DNA of 40,025 nucleotides from Perkinsus olseni (Eukaryota): NCBI GenBank assembly GCA_013115125.1, contig JABANN010000316.1, positions 1 to 40,025 of the forward strand, read 5' to 3'. Shown piece by piece: positions 12,439 to 23,750 of this stretch (position 1 is its first letter; each line of letters starts with the position of its first letter). The notes under the pieces were generated by a model. It saw only the letters and a program-made list of their open reading frames with translations, ran no database searches and was not told where the DNA came from. The position numbers and the translations under genes were made by a program.

Positions 12439-12882
12439 TTGAGGGAATTGGAAGAGGGTGCGGACCAGGTCGTTCCCGACCCGACCAGACTCTCTGACAA
12501 ACCCTACATGGTTGAGATGTGCGATAAGCGATTAGGAAATTACGTGAAGTATATAGCACAGAAGGAGGATGTCCCAGAGGCCGACCTCGTGAGTCATGAG
12601 GTGTTCAGGACTCTTTATAGTGATAATAGATCTGCGGGCGTGGTAATGTGGCTCCTAACAGGCAAGGTACACCCCAGAAAGCCGGATAACCTAGACCACT
12701 GGCGTGGACCATACTCTGTACTTCATTATAAAGATTACTACAAAAAACGTTATGCCTGGAGGGCTGATTACGATGACATGTATGAACTGTCTAATTTTTT
12801 TCTTAAACGCTCTGAGATAATCAAAATGGCTGTTCATGATGACACGCGAATTTGGACGCGACTACGCGACTCAGATTGCTGA
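12439..12882 (+). CDS. Hypothetical protein (likely last exon of a gene or pseudogene spanning ~11.5-12.9 kb)
   Basis: 147-codon ORF with protein-like composition; upstream signal-like ORF at 11530 ending in a GTGAGT donor; no recognisable domain. Confidence 0.4.
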   Translation: MRELEEGADQVVPDPTRLSDKPYMVEMCDKRLGNYVKYIAQKEDVPEADLVSHEVFRTLYSDNRSAGVVMWLLTGKVHPRKPDNLDHWRGPYSVLHYKDYYKKRYAWRADYDDMYELSNFFLKRSEIIKMAVHDDTRIWTRLRDSDC

Positions 12883-15800
12883 TTCCCGCCAGTACTCCAT
12901 GGAACGTTGTTTGCGAAGCTGTTTGTTGTTGATGTTACCACAAGACCCTCCGATCATTGTGTTACCGAGTCCCAAGGGACAACTGATCATATTCTTTCCA
13001 GTCATTGAAGACCTCCGGAGGTACATTGGTCCTCAGTGGGACGCCTCAGTGCTCTGCAAGCTTGCACGGCACCTAAGTCTATGCCGCACACTATGAGCGG
13101 AGCTTACACTAAAATCGGGCCTGTCCAAGCATATCACCGCTCAAAAGGCAGTTCCAAACACGAGTCGTCAACGTACCAGAGCCTGCTGCCAAACGGGGCT
13201 GCGTTGCTATCCAGGACAACCAGAAACCCGAACCGCTACACAAGACTGGGCTCACGGTCCGACAGTGACGGATCAGCGGCAAACTCGTCATTTTAAAGCG
13301 GCAATAGGTAGCCTGTGAAAATGGAGGATACGTTATCCCCGGTTCTCGAGTCACAACCTGGCTGCGTAGGTTCTATCGCCGATAGGCCATCAGTGATGGC
13401 CTCAGAGTCTCTTCACCTTGTCGTTGCGCTACTGTACGAGACTTGTGTAGTTTAGAATGGTGCAAACGTGGCCCGTAACGCGCTCGAGCACGTGGCTACT
13501 AGCCACTGGCTAGTTACCTCAAGCTGTGCTTCAGCTATGTACTGTCAGTACAGACTTTCAGGCTTTCAGATCAGTACAGTACTGATATGGTTTGTATTCG
13601 GGTTTGAGCAAATAGTCGACTTTCCTCGCCTGCCCGACGACGCCTGCTATGTCCTGCAGTTTATGTCGAGGGTGATGTCGAGTGAGGTGAAACTGAACTG
13701 CCGCTAGGGTAGCGTTACCTCTCTCAGAGCGCAAAGCTGAGGTGAAGTGCGCGAAGCACGCCGACCAGCGAACGTTCTCCATCGGCCGTGTTGATTCTCA
13801 GGGCTTGTGCATTTGTTCTCTATCGCATTTTGTTAGCTGGGACTAAGTGTAGGCCGGGTGAGGTTCGAGGCGAGGAGAAGTTTGCAGAGGTAAACGCCGA
13901 GGAGCCTGCAAAGCACTCGAAAAGTGGCGTGCTTGTATCATACGAGTTGGATGCAATCGTGTTTTAGTCACGTCTGGAGATAAACGAAGTGGTAGCAAAT
14001 TGCTACTAGCCATGCCATGAAAGAATGTTGGACTGGTATGCTTGACCGAGGCTGTGCCCTTCCACTGTGAAGCAGTGGGAGGGGGGTTCCGTACCACGAC
14101 GTGTAGGGGTATCCGTTAGTCGGCTTCCGGACCTAATCTCCCCAGTCGATGGCGATTATGGCTAGCATAGCATGAAAAGAAAAGGAGCTCAGTGGATGGC
14201 ATTCACTGAATGCTGAGATCCATCGTTGGGGGGGAGATTAGAGTGCAAGTTGGAGCGTGCAGTTCTATGGCCTCTGGAAAGCATGCGTGATAGACGGATA
14301 CGGGGGTACACGTTGAGGATAGTATGCTAATCGAACATGAAAGCTGAGGTCACCACCAGCTTGGTATGACAAAAGACGGGGGATGAAGAAAGCGAATGAA
14401 TGCTGGGGTAGAACGAGTTGGAAGCTAGCGCAGAAGTAAGGAACGCTGTTCCTTACTTCTGTTCCTGGAACAGGGCTCGAGTAGATCGAAGGAAAAGCAG
14501 AGAACGGGAAGGAGATGGAGGATCGACTCATGGATCAGTGCGAGGATTGCGGACCGCACTTTGCGGTGATTCGTGGGCGACAAGCTCGAGTTCCACCCGG
14601 TGGGAAGCTAGAATCAGCTTCCCTTCGGGTCAAGCCCGGGGCGTCTGAGGTCAGAGAAGCGTAGTCTGGGGATGGCCGGTGTTTTCGTTGCCGTTGAGTA
14701 GTTGAGCCCTTAGATAAACCCGAACTGCGCCGCGTCGGAAGCCAAATCGTAGAGGGAGAGAGTGAATATGTCATCGAAACCTTCTAGAAATCTCGGCACG
14801 CTACGATAATTGTCTATGTAGGTGATGCCTGACAACTCCCGCGATTGGATCCGGCAAGCCGGCCTCAGATGAAGAGTTTTGGGTTCTTGATTCTGATGAT
14901 GGGCGCCAAGGTAAGCGACAAAGCAGAGCGAGTACTTCGAACTCCGACCAGCAATGCCGCCACTGTAGGGGCGCTATAGTTTTTCCAATTTGTAAGAGAC
15001 TATAGCCAATCGCCCATAGACGCGCTCTTGAACGAGGTCTCAAGCTTATCAACATTGCCACAGGATATGCCGCCCTGGCGACTTGTAAGTCGAGTCCATA
15101 ACGACGACAAAACCGGCGCTATAGACTTCACTTACTCCGTTTCCAACTGAATGACGTGCTGTAAGATATGGATAATATGAGGTGGTCACCACCGGGTGGT
15201 GGATTTGTGGGTGATGCAAAAAATCCTGTGGGGTTCGTCCAGCACCTTACCTCACGACCTGTAAGTTACGACCGTGTCATCCTATGAAGGGACAGGCCGA
15301 ACTCTAAAGCCAAGCTATCGGTGCACTAAATGCTGAACGAGCTGGGCAACCATCAATCAGCAATTTTGGAGCTTTGCCAGATGAAGTGATAGCTATGTCT
15401 GTAACGGCTCTAATGCGAGTCGAGGGGCGCGATATCTGCAAATGAGTTCAACTCATTGAGTTGAGTATCGAGACAGAGACAGAGCAAGAACGTGCTGTGA
15501 GAGAGTTCCAGCTTGGACATGAGATATGGAGTCTGGTGTAGTATTTTTCAATAACGGTGCACTGCTCATATCTCTCAAGTCAGACTTTCTTGCGCTGACC
15601 AGACTCACGGACAGATGTTCTAAGGTCGTCGTTTCGTCTACTGCGAGCTGCGACCTACCTCGTTTTTTGAATTTCTATAGGCAACGTCGAGCTTCTTCAC
15701 GATGCCAAAATCATTTTTGTCACCGAAGTACTCCTGCACTGCTGCCAGGGTCTCATTCTCATCGATGAACGCCAGTAGGGCGTAGCGACGACCCTCTCTA

Positions 15801-17789
15801 GACGTCAAAAACCGAACGTCTCCGGCCACAACAAGTCCTGCACTTGCACGGTCCGCCTTATCTACCTATCGGTCCGTCATCATTATGGCTATAGAAAACC
15901 CTTTGACACAGGCATTGCCTGGCAGGCAAGCGAGTCTCGGTAAGGGCTAGGGCCACTCCTAAACTCGGAAGTACAGATGTTTCTCTCACCAATTGCATCC
16001 TACCGCGAAGGACTCGATCAGGAGCCGCTAATTCCTGCCTGACAGCTGCTAGCTCTTTCCTAAAATCACAGATATAGTCAGTCCCTTTCGGACCGAAAGT
16101 TTCGGAAGGGCTCACCCTCGGCCAATGAACTTCGTGCACATTTTCGACAGCGTTAGAATTATCATGAAAGCACAAGGAATCACAATCACGCTTGTTCATC
16201 CAAGCCATAATACTGAGAAAACCTACGTGTGGTTCGCACGGTGTGGTGGCCTACCACACCTAAGGTGTGGTACCACACCTGGCCGCCCTAAGGGCGGGTC
16301 GAGTCCCGAGGCATTGCCTCAGAGGCAAGGTCTTGGTATTTTAATTGCTGAACGAGTTGTGCGATCATCAATGAGAAGCGACGCTGCTATGCCAAATGAA
16401 GCAATGAGAAGCTGCTAGCTCCTCCCCGTCCTCTACACCGTAGAATCTATGGAAAGGATCGCATTGGAAACCTCGCCCGTAGTGTCATGGCCATAGAAAA
16501 CATTATGGGCCCCGGACTCCGGTGCCCCGCGCTGAGGTTGAATGCCCAGACAGCCGACCTTCATCCTAAAATTTTTCCTCATTTGCTCTCTGCCTCTTCT
16601 AATCATAGCATTCTCGGCCGTGGGGCAACGATATCCAGCAATCTTCAGAAGTCATAGGGGCATAAAGATTGAATGTATCCACCCTGAACTCCAGAATCTG
16701 AAGTCCTCCATTCATGTCTGGAACCTTCAGGCACTGGGATCACCACAGAGTCCACCTGAAGAAAGGGAGTGCTGACGCAGGTCACTCACCACTATATATA
16801 GAGGCGAGATGCTTAGCACGTAGGAGGTGATGGTAATAGCGGAAGTGGTAGAGCTCCCAGCTTGTATGATGATAGCCGCGCGTTCGAATCCTGGCAGTGG
16901 CAAAGGTGGCAGAGTCGAAAGCGGTGGAGCCGGCGGCCCAGCCTCCGGCGCGGCGTCACATATGTCTAAAAGTAGCCGCTACTTAGTAGCGCACGAAAAG
17001 CCCTGGACGAAAGAAGCGGAGTTAGAGCATGATTGGACGAGACGGCGTGGATGAAAGAATCAAGTACGTAAGACCCGTGAACGAAAGAGGTGTGTATGAA
17101 AGAGGATGGACGGAAGTAACATTGAAGAAACAAGCGGGATGAACCCTAGTTACTGGGGCCTAGTAGGGTTACCCTACCGTGGCCACTCGCCGAGTGGCCG
17201 GGGGAATACCCTTCCATCTCTATAGGATCGTGACGGACCTGAAGCGCCGGAAGGCCTTCAACCGTCTTATGAAGGCTATCATGGAGCATCTGGACGTCAC
17301 TGCTGCTACACAGCAAGACGTCCCACTGGATTAGCAAATGGAGCCAGCCACACTATAGGTGCGGTGGCAGTCTATAATTCAGAGGATGCCGCTTTTCTCT
17401 GGCGGCGGCAATCCGGAGGAAGGAAGACAGCAGACAGAAAGACGTGCCGATTATACCATGTACGAGTCATAGTCTGTGTACGAATATTATGTGTACGAGT
17501 CGTAAGTGTACGAAATGCCGATCTGCGGATCTGAGGGGTGAACGAGTATTCAGTTTACGAGTCGGGTACGAATTTCGTACTACGAAATGAAAGTGCGCGA
17601 GTTTTTGGTGCACGAATCGTGACACACCCGTCGACGGACATCTAATGCACCGTGTGTGGCCTTCATTCTTCTCAGTCCCAACTCTCTGAAGCTTGCTACG
17701 ACGCTTTTGCGTTGTCTCTTGAGATCTGCTGTGATTCACAGTTGACTAACTTGATAACCTAGACACTCATCGTTAATCTTCCTCATTCT

Positions 17790-18577
17790 CTTCAGGCCGC
17801 AGCCGAATTTCGGCTGCCGACAAGTACCGTATGTTTATGGCCTACGACCCTGAGAAATCTCAGCCCTCTATCCTCCACGAGCTTCATACTATCCTCCTTC
17901 ATCGATCCTCCTGCTATGGAGGATACTTCCATCGATTTGGGGCCGGTAATGGGCGTTTGTGAAGGGGTAAGTCTGTGATATGTTGTCATGATTCTCTCAA
18001 GCCTTCATTCCCTTCAGGCCACTTCAATTCCCCGCTTCAGCGAAACTGCCGTGTCCTTCCCGCGGCGTCGTAGGAGTTGAGAGGTTCTCCGTAAAGCATA
18101 TACTTGATATGGTATAATTACTTTTCCCTGTCTTTTGACAAAAAAAAGGAAGTTTTTTTCATGACCATTTATTTCCATCATTGTCAGGTACCCTTTCATT
18201 TCCATCTCGATGAATATCGATGATTTCATTCCTTCAGCAGTTCTTCCGAAACCTATTCGGACGCAGCGTCCTGCGAGACTCACGGTACTTCAGAGTCTGA
18301 AGCTCAGACGACACTGAAAGCAGCTTCGTGGTCGGCTTTTCTGATTGTTCCTCGGGCACCTCTTCGAGCGACACCGAAAGCAGCTTTGGGGTCGGCTCTT
18401 CTGGTTGCTCCTTGGGCTCGGCTTCGGGTAGCGACAGCTCTTTAGACAAGGATAGCTCTTCAAAGGAGGATTCTTCTTCAGACAAGGAGACCTTTAAAAG
18501 GTCACCTTTTCGGGCACTTTGTCAGACGAAACTGTTGATAGAAGCCCTGTCGCTGCTACTACTACTACCATTACCAT
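17790..18577 (-). pseudogene. Frameshifted gene for an acidic repeat-containing protein
   Basis: Signal-like start MVMVVVVAATGLLSTVSS, then frame breaks; 60-bp-period duplication (18310-18357 / 18370-18417) encoding EQPEEPTPKLLSVS / EQSEKPTTKLLSVS. Confidence 0.4.
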
Positions 18578-18894
18578 AGAGCAGAATGGTGGCAACATTA
18601 ACATTGACTACTCTCTCCGTGGAGCCTCTCAAGTACCTACCAACAATAACGTAAAATTTGTTCCATACCTGGTTCCAATATTTCGATTTGTCCTACATTA
18701 GGTAACTCCCCCAACAGTGTTGAGGTGTTACCAGTGTGATGGTGTTGAGTCAACACCATCACACTCTACCACTGCGAGTAGGTTTAGCGCATCAACTAAG
18801 TGCCCTACTTCTCAAGGATGGACCTAAGATCATCACCCCTACTCATGCTTCCACCGTGCATGGAGCTCACACTCTACATGATGGGCGCGGCGCA

Positions 18895-20625
18895 TTCATT
18901 TTCATCGATGCTCCAGGAGGCACTGGCAAAACATATCTCTTAAATTTCATCATCCGTCATTTCAAAAGAGAAGGGTTGCAAACCCGTGCTACACCTTCAT
19001 CTGGTATAGCTGCGATACTATTTATCGGTGGTCGAACAGCTCATTCAGCATGAAGCTGCCAACACCTTGCCTCCAAGACTCAACCTGTTCCTTCACTCGT
19101 AGATGTCGTACAGGGAAGCTCATTCGTGCCGCGCCACTGCTTATATGGAACGAAGCACCTATGGCTCACGGCCCGTGACTCACGGGCCGTGAGCCATAGG
19201 TGCTTCGTTCCATTAAAGACGTATTGAGAGATTCCAGGTCGTGGGCGGGGGGGGCGGGGGCGGGGGGGGCGGGGGGCGGGGGGGGGGAGAAAATATGATG
19301 TGTTACAAACCCCCCGTTTGGGGGTAAGGGAAAATTTTTTGAGGGGCGTTGAGGGGAATGNNNNNNNNNNCCCCCGCCAATACCCCCCCCCCCCCCCCTG
19401 CGCCCCCCGCCCCGCCCCCCCCGGCGCGGCCCCCATTGGTGCTTCTTAAAAAAAACCAGGAATTCCCCGCCCCCCGGCCGCCCCGGCGCCCCCGGGCCAC
19501 GACCTGGAATCACTCAATACGTCTTTAAAAGATCTCATGAGTAACAAACGCCCTTTTGGCGAGAAACTAATAATTCTAGCAGGCGATTTCAGGCAAATGG
19601 CTCCCGTCGTACGCCACGACAGTCGATGCGAAATCGTCAATGCTTCAAATGTAGATCCCAGCTATGGGATTACGTTTCAATTCACCGTCTTACAGTCAAC
19701 CTACGATGTTCACTCATTACGAATTCTTCTAATCAGGCCTCAATTGCAGAACATGTGTCATGGCTAACTTCCCTCCGTAATGCCATTACTGTAATGGCAC
19801 GCTACCTCCAGCGAGCCTTACCACTGCACGTCAAACAAACACAACACTCGCAAATTGTATAAACCTCCCTTCGAAACTAATTGTGGCTGAATACCTTACA
19901 GTCTCTCTTAAATTTTGTTCACAGTGGAATAGAACAACCACAAAATCACACTGGCAATTCCTGGTTCTATCATAGATGTATTCTCAGCACAACCGATGAT
20001 TTAATGGACTCCCTCAACTCTTCCTTGATCACTAAAGTCTAGTGATCAAGGAACTACAGCCTGTAGTCTACAGGTTCCGCTGGAATTTATCAATTCTCCA
20101 ACACCGAATGGATTGCCACCTCATTCTACAGTTGAAAATAAACACGCGGCGTGTTACACGCCTATCATGCTTCTCCGCAATTTAGACCCAGCCAACGGGC
20201 ACTGTTATGGCATACGTTATATCATCAGGGAATCTATTGGCAGCCAACCTTAACTAATCAAGGCGGAAATTCTTGGTGGCGCGTATGCTAACAGATACAT
20301 TCTAATACCCAGGGTATCATTATGCCCGTCGGACACAGACTTGCCATTCACAATGAAACGGCGGCAATTTCCCATTCGTCCTCCACTATGTTGCACCACA
20401 AATAAATCTCAGGGGCCGACGTTAAAAAAGTAGGAATATACTCGCCACAACCGCCGCTTTCGCATGGTCATTTACACATAGGAGCTTCGGAGTTGGTGAC
20501 CCTCAAAATCTAAGATTTGCGGTCAAACTAGACCCATATGCTAAGCATAACACAAACACACCGACCAATGTGCTTACTACAAAGTTTGTAGTACAATTGT
20601 CGTCTACCCAGAATTATTAACCTGA
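18895..20625 (+). pseudogene. Helitron-type Pif1 (SF1B) helicase, degraded by stops and frameshifts
   Basis: FIDAPGGTGKT, SSGIAAILFIGGRTAHS, LLIWNEAPMAH, PFGEKLIILAGDFRQMAPVV, PNGLPPH, PIMLLRNLDPANGHCYG, RRQFPIR...TNKSQG, VVYPELL appear in the correct order across several frames. Confidence 0.9.
19361..19370. other. Assembly gap (10 N) with low-quality poly-G/poly-C flanks
   Basis: N run; G-runs 19245-19288 and C-runs 19371-19495. Confidence 0.95.
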
Positions 20626-20895
20626 GTTAGACAGTCTAGCCTAGTCTCTACTATTGCAATATACAGCCCCTCTTATGCTATGCAAGTTCTATGCATTCTG
20701 TTTTACGTGGTATTAGACTGTCTCACCATGCTGGGGGATATGCTCTTCCAGCTGTTGTAGATTATGATGTTGACAACATAATGTTGTCGAGTGAATCCAT
20801 TTTTCTGAGGAGTTTTCCGGTATCCTGAGGATGGCTTTGGAGCTCGCCTTACACTACTGACGCTTTACACTGCGCGGCCTTCGGGTTTTTGGTGA

Positions 20896-20961
20896 AGGTC
20901 GCCCGAAGGGCGACCTGAGTCGGGTTTCGGGTTGAAACAACATCACCAGTCGTTCGACTAG
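20896..20961 (+). mobile_element. Candidate Helitron 3' terminus (GC hairpin then CTAG followed by T)
   Basis: AGGTCGCCC-GAA-GGGCGACCT hairpin 20896-20916; CTAG at 20958-20961 followed by T, downstream of the Pif1 remnant. Hairpin-to-CTAG spacing is longer than usual. Confidence 0.5.
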
Positions 20962-21166
20962 TTCTCAGAACTATTTTGGGCGAGCGCTTTTTACAGCCGC
21001 AATCTTGCGAATCTGTCGAATCCGACACACTTTGTCCCTTTCACAGCTTTAAATTGCGTTGATGCTAGTGGACCACCGCTCAACACCAACTGCCACTGTG
21101 TTTCAGGCCAGTTTCGTGGCGCGCGGGAAAATTTCAAAGTATCCCCAGTTCAACTATCGCTGTAAA

Positions 21167-21760
21167 ATGTCTTGCCCAGCAGAGGAAACCGCCATGCCGA
21201 AGGCATCGGAAGAGCCGTCCAATTTAACCAACCGAAAACCGGAGGAGGATGCTCCCAAGTGCCCGTTCTCAGGTGGGGCGTTGAATTTCGTGGCGCAGTG
21301 ACGGTTGTATCCCTCACAGGCCTTGCTGCTACTGATGGTGCGAAGTGCCCCTTCAGCGACATGGGTGGTGCCTTGCCGAGTCTACCCGGTGAGAGTAATA
21401 AGGAGGATGGAATTATGTAATAATATTTTGGGAAAGATACGCAGAGCTAGAGAAAGCTTGCAACTCATCTACTTTCACGGGTGATTTTTCTGAGATGAAA
21501 AACGCGAGTTGATTACGTCGAAAAATTCGTCAACTCAGCGGCAACTTGTATTTTCTACTAGCACTCTCTCCAGCTCGAGAGTTTCACCCCCACGCAACTT
21601 CACTGTGAAATCACAAAAATGTTTCACTTCTATGCTTCCTGCCAGGTGGATGCTCTGCCCAGCTCATTGGTCCCCGACAGCTATCAAGGCAGCATTAGTT
21701 GTGACTGGTGTGGTATGCCTGTGGGGGGTCGTGTCTCTGAAAAGATCGATCATCGGTTAG
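21167..21760 (+). CDS. Small hypothetical protein with repeated KCPF motifs, about 3 exons
   Basis: MSCPAEE...APKCPFS|GLAATDGAKCPFSDMGG joined by a short GT-AG intron; frame of the last exon is not resolved (one frame gives a hydrophobic tail AALVVTGVVCLWGVV). Confidence 0.55.
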
Positions 21761-21845
21761 ATTTGTATACTAGAGAATTGCTGCTTCTCTTCATGTGAGG
21801 ATTTGCGTTGCGCACAGCGAAGATTTTTTCGTGTGGTTTTTTTTC

Positions 21846-23086
21846 ATGGCGGTGGACTTACCGCGTCATCATCATCGGTTTGGGAGAGAGGGAAAACGAC
21901 AGGCAGAAGACGCCGACAGCAGCAGGAGTACTGAGCGGGAGAGTCTGCTGAAAGTCAGCAGGAAGTAGAATTGGGGGATTTATGGTATTCATATTAAGTA
22001 TTTTCATTGGTGCTCGTGACCGCTAGGAGGGTCCAAATAAAGATCGGGTAAGGTTTCAGTTATTTTCGAAAAACTGAAAAATTTTTGGGAAATCTTTTTG
22101 TTTGTGAGTTGCCATAGCGTCGAATAGGTTGGTCAGAAGTTTTTGATCATTTTTGTTGAACCCTTGAAAGTGCGGCTGTATCTTTGACGGAGTTCGTATC
22201 ACTTTAATCTGGGAACCACTAAAAACGTATCTTCTGCTGTTGGGTAAACTATGCTTCACAGGGCCAACCACGCGTGTCCAATAAGAGAGTTGTTCTATCT
22301 GCTTATACGAGTACGGCGCTGGTAGTGGTGATGAGCATGATCAATACGCTCGAGTGGCCCTGAAGGCTGTTCGCTGGGTGTTCGTTGGGTGTTCGTTGGG
22401 TGTTCGTTGGGTGTTCGCTGGGTGTTCGTTGGGTGTTCGTTGGGTGATGGTGGTTTCACGCGCGGCTCGCACGGTGGTATTCTGGTCACCGCTTGAATGA
22501 AGTTCGGTACTGAGTCGAGCGGACCAGCTCCGGGTGCAACTTTGGGTTTTCAGTTCCGGCAGCGGAGTATTGCCGTTACGTTGTTATTGTTATCATACGC
22601 TCAGTCTTGGCTTTTTGTTTTTGCTGCGATTACGAGGTATCTTCTCTCGATGAGAGTGATGCTTTTAGGTTAGAAGACGGGAATCAGAAGTTGGAGGATG
22701 CGAAGAGAACGGTTCTGGAGACTGAAGATGTGGCTTTAGGTGTTATGGGAGACCTGAGGTACTTCGAAGGCATTCTGGCGTAGTGGTAGAATTGTCCGTT
22801 GTACGCTAGATGGTCGTGAGTTCTATCCCTTGTGAGGGTATTTTTCCTCAGAGGCCAACGGGAAGTTATGAGTCGCACTAGAGATCACTTCAATGACCTC
22901 GATGAGCAACTGACGATGGCACGGCGGGCTGTCCAGAACATGGGGAGGAGGGTGATGCTGAATAAAGCAGTTTTAGTGGCGGTGTGCCTGATATTACTCG
23001 CGGCGATATTTTATACGATACACAAGAAGGTGATGGACAGGGCTGGGACGGTTGCCGGACCGCCGCCGCCGCCGAGTGCCTCATGA
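21846..23086 (+). CDS. VTI1: VTI1-like Qb-SNARE (exons 21846-21964, 22669-22758, 22852-23086)
   Basis: Spliced product ERESLLKVSRKLEDGNQKLEDAKRTVLETEDVALGVMGDLRGQREVMSRTR...ARRAVQNMGRRVMLNK then TM AVLVAVCLILLAAIFYTI; intron phases consistent. Confidence 0.85.
22367..22446 (+). repeat. 11-bp tandem repeat (GGGTGTTCGTT)n in VTI1 intron 1
   Basis: About 7 near-identical units. Confidence 0.93.
22770..22845 (+). pseudogene. Full-length degenerate tRNA-like sequence filling VTI1 intron 2 (22759-22851)
   Basis: A-box TGGCGTAGTGG (22776-22786), B-box-like GAGTTCTATCC (22818-22828), TTTTT at 22841-22845; 5' part GCATT..TGG..AGTGGTAGAATT resembles eukaryotic tRNA-Gly; stems pair poorly. Confidence 0.65.
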
Positions 23087-23414
23087 TGACGATGCGCGTG
23101 TGGAGGATATTGGTGTGGTGTTGAGGGGTGGTCGGCATGTTTACAAGAAATCGTGTGTCCTGTGGCATCAGCAAGAATCTGATCTTCATAGTAATTGATT
23201 GCTGAGGATGTTATTTGACGGTATCGTTTTGTAGTTGGCATCAGCTGCCTTCGAGAACGTAGGAGTGTGCTGCGGTGTACTTAGAAGAAATTTGGTATTG
23301 GTTTTCGTGCCTAGTGGTATAAAGATCACGCTCATTGTCAATGGTAATTCATTCAACACAGGCCTGAGCTAAACATGAGCACTGCTGTTCACGGCTTTGA
23401 TTGGATTTGTCGTT

Positions 23415-23650
23415 TAGAGCTGGGCGACAGTACGGGTACGGAACCGTACTACCCGTCGCAGCGGTTCCCAAGTACCGTACTGGTACGCCGTAATTGAAGT
23501 ACGGCGTAATTTAATACACGTATGCGTTGTTTTATATATTTTATACGTACTAGTTCTCCGTACCCGTACTAGGGTGACAGTTTGAAAGTTTCAAACTGAA
23601 ACGTACTCCGTACCGCACTTTCCTAGACTCCAGTATGGGTCCCAGCTCTA
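23415..23650. mobile_element. 236-bp MITE, hAT-like, older insertion
   Basis: 10-bp TIR TAGAGCTGGG...CCCAGCTCTA; flanks TTGTCGTT / TTATCATT (6 of 8 match); many internal CCGTAC/GTACGG subterminal repeats. Confidence 0.8.
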
Positions 23651-23750
23651 TTATCATTAGTAGCGAGAGTGGTCAGTGGTAAACTGCCGTTCACTGTATT
23701 ATGGACCTCTTTGTCCAGGGTCTTGGCTACAACCCTTATTTCGTCCCATC

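Noticed and set aside
19214-19530. Large inverted repeat and G-quadruplex-like G/C tracts around the gap
   Set aside because: Mirror-image flanks decaying into poly-G/poly-C next to an N gap are typical of low-quality read tails; ORFs 19080..19513 are artefacts. The adjoining 34-bp palindrome may also be artefactual.
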